Positions 27,478-36,482 of a DNA stretch of 58,590 bases are shown here, piece by piece. The stretch spans positions 1-58,590 of the forward strand of contig CAZVQB010000003.1 of the NCBI GenBank assembly GCA_964629235.1. The letters run 5' to 3'. The translations under genes and the position numbers were made by a program. The DNA comes from an uncultured Candidatus Saccharibacteria bacterium (lineage in GTDB: Bacteria; Patescibacteriota; Minisyncoccia; Phycocordibacterales; PALSA-1337). The notes under the pieces were generated by a model, which saw only the letters and a list, made by a program, of their open reading frames with translations, made no database searches and was not told where the DNA came from. Within the stretch, counting starts at the first letter, position 1. The number at the start of each line of letters is the position of its first letter.

Positions 27478-28220
27478 GAATGAATTATATCCTTGATTAT
27501 TCTTTTTGTCTCTTCTGGGTTTTTCACAGATATAGCTTTTACACCAGTGCTTATGACTGGATTATCGTTTCCGCCAGGGAATAGTGAGTCACCGACAAAT
27601 AGAATTTCATTTTTCGACACCTTTATGTACTCAATCATTTTTTGAATACCATAAGCTTTATCCAATCCTTTAAGCGTAATATCAATAGAAGTAGTTCCAG
27701 CTATACGTATCTCGAAACCGCTGAGTCTTTTTTCTAAAAGAGATTTTATTTTCCTTCTTTTCTCTTCATTTGGATCCCATACTTGCTTATTCTCAAGCTC
27801 AGCATCTTGCCCTAATCCAGAAAAAGTCATTGCAGAATCTTTATCCTCAATCAATTCTCCTGTTATTGATGAAAAATCAAAATCAACCTCTTTTAATACT
27901 TGAGAGAATGCATCTTTAATCTTTATTTTATCTTTTTCAGTTAGTGATTCTTGATATATTTTTTGCCATCTGCCACTATTGTTGTCCCAAATAAAATATG
28001 CTGTACCATCAGTAGGGAAAATATGTAGATTTGATAGGTTGGGTCCAATTTTAAGGGTAAATAAAAGTTCTTTTTCTAATTGTTTGAAACTGCCTCCAGA
28101 TATCACTGCTACTTTTTTAATTTCAATTAGTTTGTTGAATAGTTCAGACATCTCAGTATCCACCGGTAACTTACTTTTCGTTAAAGTATTGTCCAAATCA
28201 AATACAATTAATTTATGCAT
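27474..28220 (-). CDS. HAD-IIB hydrolase, phosphomannomutase-like
   Basis: DxD motif FDLDNTLT, VAVISGGSFKQLEKEL, C-terminal GDSLFPGGND. Confidence 0.7.
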   Translation of the reverse strand: MHKLIVFDLDNTLTKSKLPVDTEMSELFNKLIEIKKVAVISGGSFKQLEKELLFTLKIGPNLSNLHIFPTDGTAYFIWDNNSGRWQKIYQESLTEKDKIKIKDAFSQVLKEVDFDFSSITGELIEDKDSAMTFSGLGQDAELENKQVWDPNEEKRRKIKSLLEKRLSGFEIRIAGTTSIDITLKGLDKAYGIQKMIEYIKVSKNEILFVGDSLFPGGNDNPVISTGVKAISVKNPEETKRIIKDIIHS

Positions 28221-28249
28221 TGTTTTATTATATCAGCTATTTGTATTTA

Positions 28250-29194
28250 TTATATTTTTTCTAAGAACTCTTTTGGATCACTTGTGGATTTTAAAGGCAG
28301 GGAGATATAGAAAGTGGTACCAACATTTTCTTTTGATTCAAATCGTATTGTTCCATGATGTGCTTTTACATATTGTTCGCATAGATGTAATCCAATTCCA
28401 CTACCGCTACTTAATTTTCTTCTTGCATTACTTGCTCTATAGAATTCACCAAAAATCTCGTTTTGTTCGTGTGATGGTATACCAATACCATTGTCACTAA
28501 TAGTAATATTTAACATGGTTGGTGAATTACTAACACTTACTTTTATCTCTTTATTTTTAATATCCTTTGTATATTGAAGTGCATTCTCTAAAAGATTCTC
28601 GAGTATGATTCTTAATCTAAGATTATCAATCTCTACTCTATTTTTATGATCTAGGACAATATCAACAATCAAATCAACACCATCTTTCTTTGCTCCAATA
28701 CTATATTTCTCTATAACTTCTCCGATCATCTCTTCTACTTTCTTTAGTGATACCCATTCAAGAGAAATAGCAAGTTTACCAATATCCAGAAGACTAATAT
28801 CCAGTAGATTCACGGTATGCATAACTGTTGTTCTAATCGATTTCAAAATGTCTTCGAGAGTTTTTCTATCTTCTTCACTTATATATTGTTTATAGTTACT
28901 TAGAATAAAAGAGATTGCCCAACTTGTAGATGTTAGAGAAGTTCTCATTTCATGTGTAGTAAGAGCAATTGTTTCTCCTCTTAATTTTTCATTTTCTTTA
29001 TCTACTTTTACTTTTTTATAGTAACCACTAATGATAAAGATCAATGCTCCTATTATTGAAGTAAGAATTACAATAAAAACATCAATATTATTATCAATTA
29101 CCGGTAATGGAAATGATAATATGAATATACCTACAACCACCCCCGCAGTTGCACCAAGAAAAGTAAATATTATTCTTTCTAGTTTTGATTCCAT
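28250..29194 (-). CDS. sensor histidine kinase core (2 TM + HisKA + HATPase_c)
   Basis: H-box TTHEMRTSLTS, N-box LENALQYT, G1 DNGIGIP, G2 GSGIGL. Confidence 0.9.
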   Translation of the reverse strand: MESKLERIIFTFLGATAGVVVGIFILSFPLPVIDNNIDVFIVILTSIIGALIFIISGYYKKVKVDKENEKLRGETIALTTHEMRTSLTSTSWAISFILSNYKQYISEEDRKTLEDILKSIRTTVMHTVNLLDISLLDIGKLAISLEWVSLKKVEEMIGEVIEKYSIGAKKDGVDLIVDIVLDHKNRVEIDNLRLRIILENLLENALQYTKDIKNKEIKVSVSNSPTMLNITISDNGIGIPSHEQNEIFGEFYRASNARRKLSSGSGIGLHLCEQYVKAHHGTIRFESKENVGTTFYISLPLKSTSDPKEFLEKI

Positions 29195-29851
29195 TTATAT
29201 TTTATTTTTATCAGATATAAATAGTGTACTAAGTATTAGAATTGGCGCTAAGAAACCAAAGAATGCGCTAGTTAGTATAGAACCACTTATCATTGCAGCA
29301 CTTGAGGCAACACAACAACTAATAACTCCTGTACTACCACCATAAGCTTTGATTTTCAACACTCTCTCTGTAGTCTTGAATGCGAGCAAAAGCATAAAAC
29401 CACCAACAATAATTCCATTTACTACTAGGTCATACCAAAGTGTGAAATTCATAAGTTCCATCTGTCTTTCTTCATTAAGCATAAACCAAGCAAAAAGTCC
29501 TAGTACTACAATAAGTAAAAGGAAGAAAATTGAATTTCTTGTACCTCTAGATAATGAATATAGTGGGAATTTGAGCATATATGCAGAGCCAACAAAGACT
29601 GAGAGAGCAGCCAAACTACTATAAACCATATTCATTGTATGCATTTCAATACCCATAAATATCATATTTAATGATTGGTATATCAGAAAAGCCAGTAGTG
29701 CTCCGACCAGTTCATTTTTTTGATTTTTGTATTTCCTCCAAACTATTATTGAACAAATAATATAAAAAAAACCTGATAGTAGCATTAAAAATACATCAAA
29801 AGAAAAACCTAGAATTTCTGGCCCGACAGGCTCCATCATCATATGTTCCAT
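29195..29851 (-). CDS. polytopic membrane protein (6-7 TM), in frame with the kinase and separated from it by a single TAA
   Basis: Junction reads AAT AAA ATA TAA ATG GAA TCA on the minus strand. The stop at 29197-29195 is directly followed by the kinase ATG at 29194-29192. Confidence 0.6.
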   Translation of the reverse strand: MEHMMMEPVGPEILGFSFDVFLMLLSGFFYIICSIIVWRKYKNQKNELVGALLAFLIYQSLNMIFMGIEMHTMNMVYSSLAALSVFVGSAYMLKFPLYSLSRGTRNSIFFLLLIVVLGLFAWFMLNEERQMELMNFTLWYDLVVNGIIVGGFMLLLAFKTTERVLKIKAYGGSTGVISCCVASSAAMISGSILTSAFFGFLAPILILSTLFISDKNKI

Positions 29852-29959
29852 AAAAATAAAATTAATTTATTAAAAGTGATATAATTATAGTACGTAGGAT
29901 TGATTAGTAATAGCAGTTTTATACACAACTAACAATATTTTGTTATATAATATAAATAT

Positions 29960-30328
29960 ATGAATATAAATATTAAAACAACCACAATCAGTATGACTCC
30001 AGCAATATCTGAGTATATCGATAAACATTTAGATTCAGTTAGGAAGTTTTTAGAATCTGATCCCACAGCAAAATGTGATCTTGAAATCGGTAAGACAACT
30101 AATCATCATAAAAACGGTGATATTTTCAAAGCAGAAATGCATATTATTGCAAAAGATCAGAATATTTATACGAGTGTAGAAAAGGATGATTTGTATACTG
30201 CAATAGATATTTTAAGAGATGAAGTAATTCGTAAATTAAAATCTGAAAAAAGTAAACAAAGATCATTTTTAAGAAAAGGAGGGGCAAAGCTCAAGGATAT
30301 ATTAAAAGGTTTTACTAACAAAAGATAA
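29960..30328 (+). CDS. hpf: ribosome hibernation factor (HPF/RaiA, S30AE family), short form
   Basis: MNINIKTTTISMTPAISEYIDKHL... is a typical S30AE N-terminus; 122 aa. Confidence 0.8.
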   Translation: MNINIKTTTISMTPAISEYIDKHLDSVRKFLESDPTAKCDLEIGKTTNHHKNGDIFKAEMHIIAKDQNIYTSVEKDDLYTAIDILRDEVIRKLKSEKSKQRSFLRKGGAKLKDILKGFTNKR

Positions 30329-30451
30329 TGCCCGCTTTCTTCAAGCAACAAGTAAATCAATGGCTCTGCATATCCCTAATCAGTCTTATGTGTTTTTGGG
30401 TAGTATTATTTTATTTAACAAATAAAGCACGTATGATTGGTGAAAGTCTTG

Positions 30452-31303
30452 TTATTGGTCAAATAAATCTGGATGGTAATCTATCTCTTTTTTACCCTCA
30501 GGAATAACTCTTAGTATTTTAAGTATTCCATCCTTATACTCTGCTTTTGTTATTTTTATTCTTTTTCCTTTAGAAAAAAAGAAAGCACAAGGCCATACAT
30601 GATAGGCTTGAATTTTTAAGAAATTCTTATAAGGGTCATCTTTTAGGTTTATCTCCCCATCCTCTTTATTGATTTTTTGTGTAAAACTAGCTTTAGAGTG
30701 ATCTTGTTCAATCTCTTTTATCTCACCATTTACCCATTTCGGTATTATCTCTGATATTAGACTTGCTCCTGCTTTTACTATTTCATTACCAAGTACGTCT
30801 GCTGTTGGTGGCCAATCAGTTGTATCAACACTTCTCATGCCTATTATTGGACCGTGATCCATTTCATTATCCATTCGGATGATTGTAGCACCTGTATTTC
30901 TTTCATCAGTTAATATTGCAGATTCTATAGGGGAGCTTCCTCTAAGTTTCGGCAGAAGGGAACCGTGAATATTTAGTGATTTATGTTTTGGGATATTAAG
31001 AATTGAATCTGGAATTATTTTTCCATAAGCTATTACTACAAATACATCACAATTAAATTGTTTCAGGCTATTTATCAGACCTTCATCTTTCAGCCTTTCT
31101 GGTTGAAATACAGGGATGTTATTCTCTAAAGCCCAAACTTTTGCCGGTGGTGGGGTGACAATCATTTTCCTGCCTTTTGGCCGATCAGGCATAGTTACAA
31201 TAAAGGAAATTTCATACCCTGATTTTTTTAAAATATTTAGAGTAGTAACTGCGTATTCAGGTGTACCAAAGAAACCAATTTTTATTTTATTATTTTGTAT
31301 CAT
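30452..31303 (-). CDS. fmt: methionyl-tRNA formyltransferase
   Basis: Start moved to MIQNNKIKIGFFGTPEYAV (ATG 31303). Also HGSLLPKLRGSSP; overlaps the def 3' end. Confidence 0.9.
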   Translation of the reverse strand: MIQNNKIKIGFFGTPEYAVTTLNILKKSGYEISFIVTMPDRPKGRKMIVTPPPAKVWALENNIPVFQPERLKDEGLINSLKQFNCDVFVVIAYGKIIPDSILNIPKHKSLNIHGSLLPKLRGSSPIESAILTDERNTGATIIRMDNEMDHGPIIGMRSVDTTDWPPTADVLGNEIVKAGASLISEIIPKWVNGEIKEIEQDHSKASFTQKINKEDGEINLKDDPYKNFLKIQAYHVWPCAFFFSKGKRIKITKAEYKDGILKILRVIPEGKKEIDYHPDLFDQ

Positions 31304-31832
31304 TATCTTCAGGTGGAATATCTTGAATATCCATTGCCTTATCAATAAAAAGTATACCATCTAAGTGATCAGTTTCATGTTGAAAAACTTGTGCTAGAAG
31401 TCCGCTAGCTCCTCTCTCAATCAACTCTCCAAGTTCATTGTATGCTTTTACGGTTGCTTTTATTGATCTATTAACCTTTCCGTATTTCCATCTGATTGAT
31501 AAACAGCCTTCTTCTACCAGATGTTTATTTCTAGAAAGTTTTGTAATTGTTGGATTTATAAAAACCAAATCTCTACCTATACTTTTATATTTTTTATCCG
31601 CTTCACTTAGTATTTTGTCAGATACAACAAAGACTCTTAGAGAATAACCAATCTGCGGAGCTGCAATAGCAACACCATCTTTTTGTGTTGCCATCACTTT
31701 TTTCATTTCAGAAATTATACTTTGTATTTTTTCTGAATTTATTTCATCAATATTTACATCCACCGCTTTTTTCCTTAAAACCGGGTTATTTACTTGAACT
31801 ATTGATTCTGCTAGGTTTTCCTTATTTTCCAT
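31290..31832 (-). CDS. def: peptide deformylase
   Basis: GVAIAAPQIG, EGCLS, QHETDHLDG motifs. Confidence 0.93.
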   Translation of the reverse strand: MENKENLAESIVQVNNPVLRKKAVDVNIDEINSEKIQSIISEMKKVMATQKDGVAIAAPQIGYSLRVFVVSDKILSEADKKYKSIGRDLVFINPTITKLSRNKHLVEEGCLSIRWKYGKVNRSIKATVKAYNELGELIERGASGLLAQVFQHETDHLDGILFIDKAMDIQDIPPEDNDTK

Positions 31833-31844
31833 AGGTAAAATGTA

Positions 31845-33749
31845 CTATAAAAGTGTTTCTGGGTCTACTTTTATCTTTACTGAGGGTGAAAGTGACCTTA
31901 ACTTATTATTTAGATCATGATTCGGCCATTTCGAGTATTCTAGGCGGATTAGGCCATGCAAAACGAAGTTTCCTTTTATTGTATGAGTAAAAGCGGGGAA
32001 TACCTCGACTTCATAAGGATCAAGAGTATTTTGAACTTCCTCCATTTCTTTAATTATTTTGTCTTTTTTGCCTTCAAGAGTTATTTTTATAAGTGTAAAA
32101 AAAGGTGGATAATTGAATTTTTTTCTTTCTTCTATTTCATTTCTAAAAAAGTCATTTGTATTACCTTTTAGACCGTATTCAAAAATTTTTTCATCCGACT
32201 TTCTAGTTTGTACTATAAAATGTTTGGTTGTTAATGAACGTATTTTTATTAGGGTATTTAGAATTTTTTCTTGTATTCTAAAATCTGGAAGAGAAAAAAG
32301 GGAATCTAGTGAAATAATTGCAGAATTCTCGATTTTATCATGTATATACTGGAGCATCATCTCTGTGCCTATAAGAATACTTCCAGGTTTTGATTTGAAC
32401 TTTGAAATAATATTTTTTGCTGTTTTTTCTTTGGAAGTTGAATCTGAATCAATTTTAAATATTGTTATATCAGGATATTTTTCTTTTATTTTTTCTACTA
32501 CAAGATCGATTCCTATACCAATTGATTCTAATCTCCAACTATTACACTTCTTACAATATTCCTCAGCTGATCTTCTCTCTCCACATCTATGGCACATGAA
32601 AAACCTCCTATCATTACTTACATGCAAGACTATAGGTGCACTGCAATTTTCACATAGAACTATATTCTGGCAATCAGCACATATAGTCGTCGGAGATAAG
32701 CCTTTTCTTGTTGCAAGAATGATCATCTGTTCGCTATCGTCTTTTGTTTTTTTTATCAAATCATCAACTTCATCTGATATTATTTTAAAATTTGAATCAG
32801 TATTTTTATACTTTTTCATATCGACCAAAGTATCTCTTGAAGTACTTAAAGATCTTGATTTAAAAGGGGAGGATTGGATTATCATACCTTCACTTTCTCT
32901 CCATAGAGTCTCTATACGAAGCAAATCATCTGAGAAAAATATTTTCATCCCTTTTTTATCTGCAAAAACTTCACAAACTTGTCTAATATCAAGAAAAGGT
33001 CTTCTTTGAATTTTATATGATCTACTACTTTCATTTTCTACTACTAGTGTATCTATATCGTCTCTTGGAATGGAAAGGAAACCACCAGTACTGACTATTA
33101 CAACTGGATGCTTTTCTTTTATGATATCGTTCCATGTTTCAATAATCTTTTTTGGAGTTAAGGATCCATTCAATTTGTATATATAACCCTCAATTCCTTT
33201 TTCTAGTAATTCAAAAGTATGATCACACTCTTCTATTGTGGGTACAATAAATAGTAATGATTTTTTCTTAGCGAATTCTTGTCTTACAAGTCCTTTCCAA
33301 GTGCTATATCTCTCTTCAGTATCACCTTGAATTGCATATTTTTCTTTTATTGTTTTTGTAGCTTTATTTTCTTGTTCAGATTTTTTATTATTACTATTAA
33401 TTTTTAATTTTTGAATATTGTTAAAAATATATTCAGGTACAAGAATATTTAGTATTGATCCGATCGAGCAAGCATAATAATCCGCAATCTCAGAAATCGC
33501 TTCTATAAAAGCTTTTTCAAAAAAAGCAGTGCCTTTAATTTTTTCAATTTTTTTGAGTTGAAAACCTGCTTTCTTTATATCGCCTTTTATATCTTCCGCT
33601 TTTTTGATCGATATCACTATTCCGTGAACACTCTTACTGCGAAGGGGAATGTCGACAATGTCGCCTAGGGAAACTAGTTTTGTAGTGAAATATGATAGAG
33701 AATCTGAACCAATACTTCTAGATATTGGTATTACTTCTATTATATACAT
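31845..33749 (-). CDS. priA: primosomal protein N' (PriA)-like, helicase motifs degenerate
   Basis: Collinear with PriA, including the Cys-rich insert CADCQNIVLCENCSAP..CHRCG..CKKCNS. Motif changes: Walker A GxTGSGKT to AIQGDTEE, DEEH to VENE, SAT to SDD. Confidence 0.75.
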   Translation of the reverse strand: MYIIEVIPISRSIGSDSLSYFTTKLVSLGDIVDIPLRSKSVHGIVISIKKAEDIKGDIKKAGFQLKKIEKIKGTAFFEKAFIEAISEIADYYACSIGSILNILVPEYIFNNIQKLKINSNNKKSEQENKATKTIKEKYAIQGDTEERYSTWKGLVRQEFAKKKSLLFIVPTIEECDHTFELLEKGIEGYIYKLNGSLTPKKIIETWNDIIKEKHPVVIVSTGGFLSIPRDDIDTLVVENESSRSYKIQRRPFLDIRQVCEVFADKKGMKIFFSDDLLRIETLWRESEGMIIQSSPFKSRSLSTSRDTLVDMKKYKNTDSNFKIISDEVDDLIKKTKDDSEQMIILATRKGLSPTTICADCQNIVLCENCSAPIVLHVSNDRRFFMCHRCGERRSAEEYCKKCNSWRLESIGIGIDLVVEKIKEKYPDITIFKIDSDSTSKEKTAKNIISKFKSKPGSILIGTEMMLQYIHDKIENSAIISLDSLFSLPDFRIQEKILNTLIKIRSLTTKHFIVQTRKSDEKIFEYGLKGNTNDFFRNEIEERKKFNYPPFFTLIKITLEGKKDKIIKEMEEVQNTLDPYEVEVFPAFTHTIKGNFVLHGLIRLEYSKWPNHDLNNKLRSLSPSVKIKVDPETLL

Positions 33750-33755
33750 AGTGAA

Positions 33756-33764
33756 AGTATAACA
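33756..33764 (-). promoter_or_regulatory. extended -10 TGtTATACT, exactly 6 nt before the priA ATG at 33749
   Basis: Minus strand reads TGTTATACT-TTCACT-ATG. Confidence 0.5.
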
Positions 33765-33802
33765 GAAATACCGTTTGACACTATATTCTATGTATTATTG
33801 AA

Positions 33803-35326
33803 TTATAAATCTCTGAAAGTCTCGATTTTTGCACCAATAGAATTCAATCTTTCGGCCAAATCTTCATAACCACGATTTATATTGTATACATTTCGAAGTA
33901 TTGAGGTTCCAGGACATGCCATCATAGCAATCATGATTATTACTGATGGACGAAGTGCGGGTGGGCAGACTAGGTCTGCAGACTTTTTCCATTGTGTTGG
34001 ACCTTTTATATAGAATCGATGTGGATCAGCAAGAATACTTTCTGTTCCGAGATTGTCCAATTCTTTATAATATATTGCTCTTTGTTCATATGACCAATCG
34101 TGTATGAATGTCTGCCCATTCGCTACAGCGCCGATGACTGCGAAGAATGGAAGATTGTCCATATTTATTCCTGGATATGGTTGTGAATGGATTTTTTCTT
34201 CAAGAGCATTGAGCTTACTTGGATAAGTCTTTATATCTACTAGATTTACTTTTCCATTTTCTCCTTTATATCTTTTTTTAATTTCATATTTAAATCCCAT
34301 TTTCTCAAGTTTTAATAATTCAAGTTCAAGAAAATCAATAGGGCAACGCTCAATTGTAATTGAAGAATCAGTAACTATTGATGCTGCTAGAAGTGACATG
34401 GCTTCAATAGGATCTTCGCCTATTGCATATTCAATATCCATATCGATATTTTCTTTTCCTTCGATTACAAGTGTTGAAGTTCCGATTCCTTGTATTTTTA
34501 CTCCTAACTTTTCAAGATAAAAACAAACATCTTGAACCATATAGTTCCCAGAAGCGAACTTTATTGTCATTTTCTCAGGAATACGTGCAGCTGCCATTAG
34601 TATTGTTTCAGTTACTGTGTCTCCAGCTTCATACAGTACTACATCACTAGCCCTCACACCTTTGTTTGTAACTATATACGCGTCTGAAGTCGTTTCTATC
34701 TTTACTCCCAAATTCTCTAGGGCATAAAAGTAAGGCTTGATAGTTCTAGTACCAAGTCTACATCCGCCAGTTTGAGGAATTGAAAAAGATTTAAAATCAT
34801 GGATCAAAGGCCCCATAATCATAACCGCTGATCTTGTTTTATCAGCTACTTCTTTATCTATTTTTTCAATATTTATTTTCTTTGGCGGAGTGATAACAAG
34901 ATTATTTCCTTTCCATTCTATTTTTACTCCAATACTTTCTAATACTTCTGATATTCTATATACCTCTTCGATTTTTGGTGCATTTATTATTGTCGTTTTT
35001 CCTTTATTTAAAAGGGAAGCACACATCACGCCCATAGTACCGTTCTTTGATGATCTAACTTTTATATTTCCTGAAAGTTTGTGTCCACCTTCAATACGAA
35101 AATTTACTTTGCCTTTTGGAGCAATAGCGACTATTTCATGATTTAAAGCACTACTTAGTTTTGCTAGAGTTTCTGTACTTAGATTCTGTTCACCCTTTTC
35201 TATACGAGCAACCACACTTTGTGTTGTACCAATCTTATTTGCTAGATCAGTCTGTGTCATATTTTGACTTTCTCTCAAATCAGAAATCATTTTCCCAATA
35301 TTTAATAATGGATTTTCTTTTTTCAT
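33803..35326 (-). CDS. murA: XRE-type HTH domain fused to UDP-N-acetylglucosamine 1-carboxyvinyltransferase
   Basis: N-terminal about 65 aa (LRESQNMTQTDLANKIGTTQSVVARIEKGEQNLS) are HTH_XRE-like. The rest is MurA-like (LSGNIKVRSSKNGTMGVM, catalytic-Cys context GGCRLGTRTI). Confidence 0.8.
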   Translation of the reverse strand: MKKENPLLNIGKMISDLRESQNMTQTDLANKIGTTQSVVARIEKGEQNLSTETLAKLSSALNHEIVAIAPKGKVNFRIEGGHKLSGNIKVRSSKNGTMGVMCASLLNKGKTTIINAPKIEEVYRISEVLESIGVKIEWKGNNLVITPPKKINIEKIDKEVADKTRSAVMIMGPLIHDFKSFSIPQTGGCRLGTRTIKPYFYALENLGVKIETTSDAYIVTNKGVRASDVVLYEAGDTVTETILMAAARIPEKMTIKFASGNYMVQDVCFYLEKLGVKIQGIGTSTLVIEGKENIDMDIEYAIGEDPIEAMSLLAASIVTDSSITIERCPIDFLELELLKLEKMGFKYEIKKRYKGENGKVNLVDIKTYPSKLNALEEKIHSQPYPGINMDNLPFFAVIGAVANGQTFIHDWSYEQRAIYYKELDNLGTESILADPHRFYIKGPTQWKKSADLVCPPALRPSVIIMIAMMACPGTSILRNVYNINRGYEDLAERLNSIGAKIETFRDL

Positions 35327-35391
35327 TTGTTTTTTGTATAAAGTAATATCAAAGTAATATAGAGAAGTAAGGAATAATATTACTATAGTAT

Positions 35392-35409
35392 TATAGCATA
35401 TATGCTATA
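35392..35409. promoter_or_regulatory. perfect 18-nt palindrome in the murA/mreB divergent intergenic region (candidate operator)
   Basis: TATAGCATATATGCTATA. Nearby are the 10-nt palindrome TACTATAGTA (35381-35390) and the tandem AAGTAATAT repeats (35342-35360). Confidence 0.35.
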
Positions 35410-35463
35410 TAGTTCAATAGATTGAAAATGTTGATAAATAAGGTTATTATTGCTTTACAAATT

Positions 35464-36477
35464 ATGAATTTCTTTTCTCAAAAACTTGGGATCGATCTCG
35501 GTACTGCAAATACTCTCGTTTTCTTGCCGGGTAAAGGTGTAGTTTTGAATGAACCTTCAGTAGTCGCTGTTTCTGAACAGGATAAAAATGTTCTCGCAGT
35601 TGGCTTTGAAGCAAAAGAAATGATTGGTAGAACACCAGACAATATCATTGCATATAGACCAATGCGGGATGGAGTGATTGCTGACTATAGAGTTACTGAA
35701 GCAATGCTTAGATATTTTATAAATAAAGCACTTGGTAAATGGAATATTTTTAAACCTGAAGTTATGGTTTCAGTTCCAGCCGGCATTACATCCACAGAAA
35801 GAAGAGCTGTTATTGAAGCAACTATTCGTGCTGGAGCAAAAAGTGCTTATGTTGTGAAAGAGCCAATTCTTGCTGCAATCGGTGCAGGTATACCTATTCA
35901 AGAGGCACGTGGACATATGATAGTTGATATAGGTGGTGGAACTACAGACGTTGCAGTGATATCTCTTGGAGGTATTGTAGCTTCTACTTCAGTGAAATGT
36001 GCGGGGAATCGTATAGATACAGCTATTGCAGACTATATAAAAAAGACTTTCAATCTAGCTATAGGAGACAAAATGGCAGAAGATTTAAAAATAAATATTG
36101 GTTCAGCTATCCCTTTGGAAGAAGAGCTGTCTATGAATGTTCGTGGTAGAGATTTTATCTCGGGCCTCCCAAGATCTACAGAGGTTAAAACAAATGAAAT
36201 AGTAAAAGCCATAAGTAAAGAATTACGAGATATGATAAAAGCAATAAAAGATGTTTTGCAGGAGACACCACCGGAGTTGGCGGCGGATATCATAGATCAA
36301 GGAATCACAATGACCGGGGGTTCATCTATGCTACGCAATTTTCCTGAATTAGTTTTCCGTAGAACAGGTGTGAAGGCTCGTCTTGCTGACGATGCATTGT
36401 TCTGCGTAGTGAAGGGGACGGGTATAGCGCTAGATCATCTAGATGTTTATAAGAAGAGTATTATTAGTAAGAGATAA
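35464..36477 (+). CDS. mreB: actin-like rod-shape protein MreB, paralog 1
   Basis: Start at MNFFSQKLGIDLGTANTLVF; DIGGGTTDVAVISLGG; 337 aa. Confidence 0.9.
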   Translation: MNFFSQKLGIDLGTANTLVFLPGKGVVLNEPSVVAVSEQDKNVLAVGFEAKEMIGRTPDNIIAYRPMRDGVIADYRVTEAMLRYFINKALGKWNIFKPEVMVSVPAGITSTERRAVIEATIRAGAKSAYVVKEPILAAIGAGIPIQEARGHMIVDIGGGTTDVAVISLGGIVASTSVKCAGNRIDTAIADYIKKTFNLAIGDKMAEDLKINIGSAIPLEEELSMNVRGRDFISGLPRSTEVKTNEIVKAISKELRDMIKAIKDVLQETPPELAADIIDQGITMTGGSSMLRNFPELVFRRTGVKARLADDALFCVVKGTGIALDHLDVYKKSIISKR

Positions 36478-36482
36478 ATAAA

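Noticed and set aside
29852-29959. A response regulator or small ORF between the 7TM gene and hpf.
   Set aside because: The spacer is AT-rich with promoter-like elements only (TGaTATAAT at 29876-29884, TGtTATATAAT near 29942). No ORF is present.
32113-33009. 298-aa plus-strand ORF, together with similar long antisense ORFs at 99..563, 826..1251, 5167..5565, 8743..9345, 12932..13348, 40758..41246, 42961..43461, 53745..54125 and 55768..56223.
   Set aside because: Each lies entirely inside a strongly motif-supported gene on the opposite strand. Each also has low-complexity Ser/Phe/Ile/Leu-rich composition, typical of shadow ORFs in AT-rich DNA.
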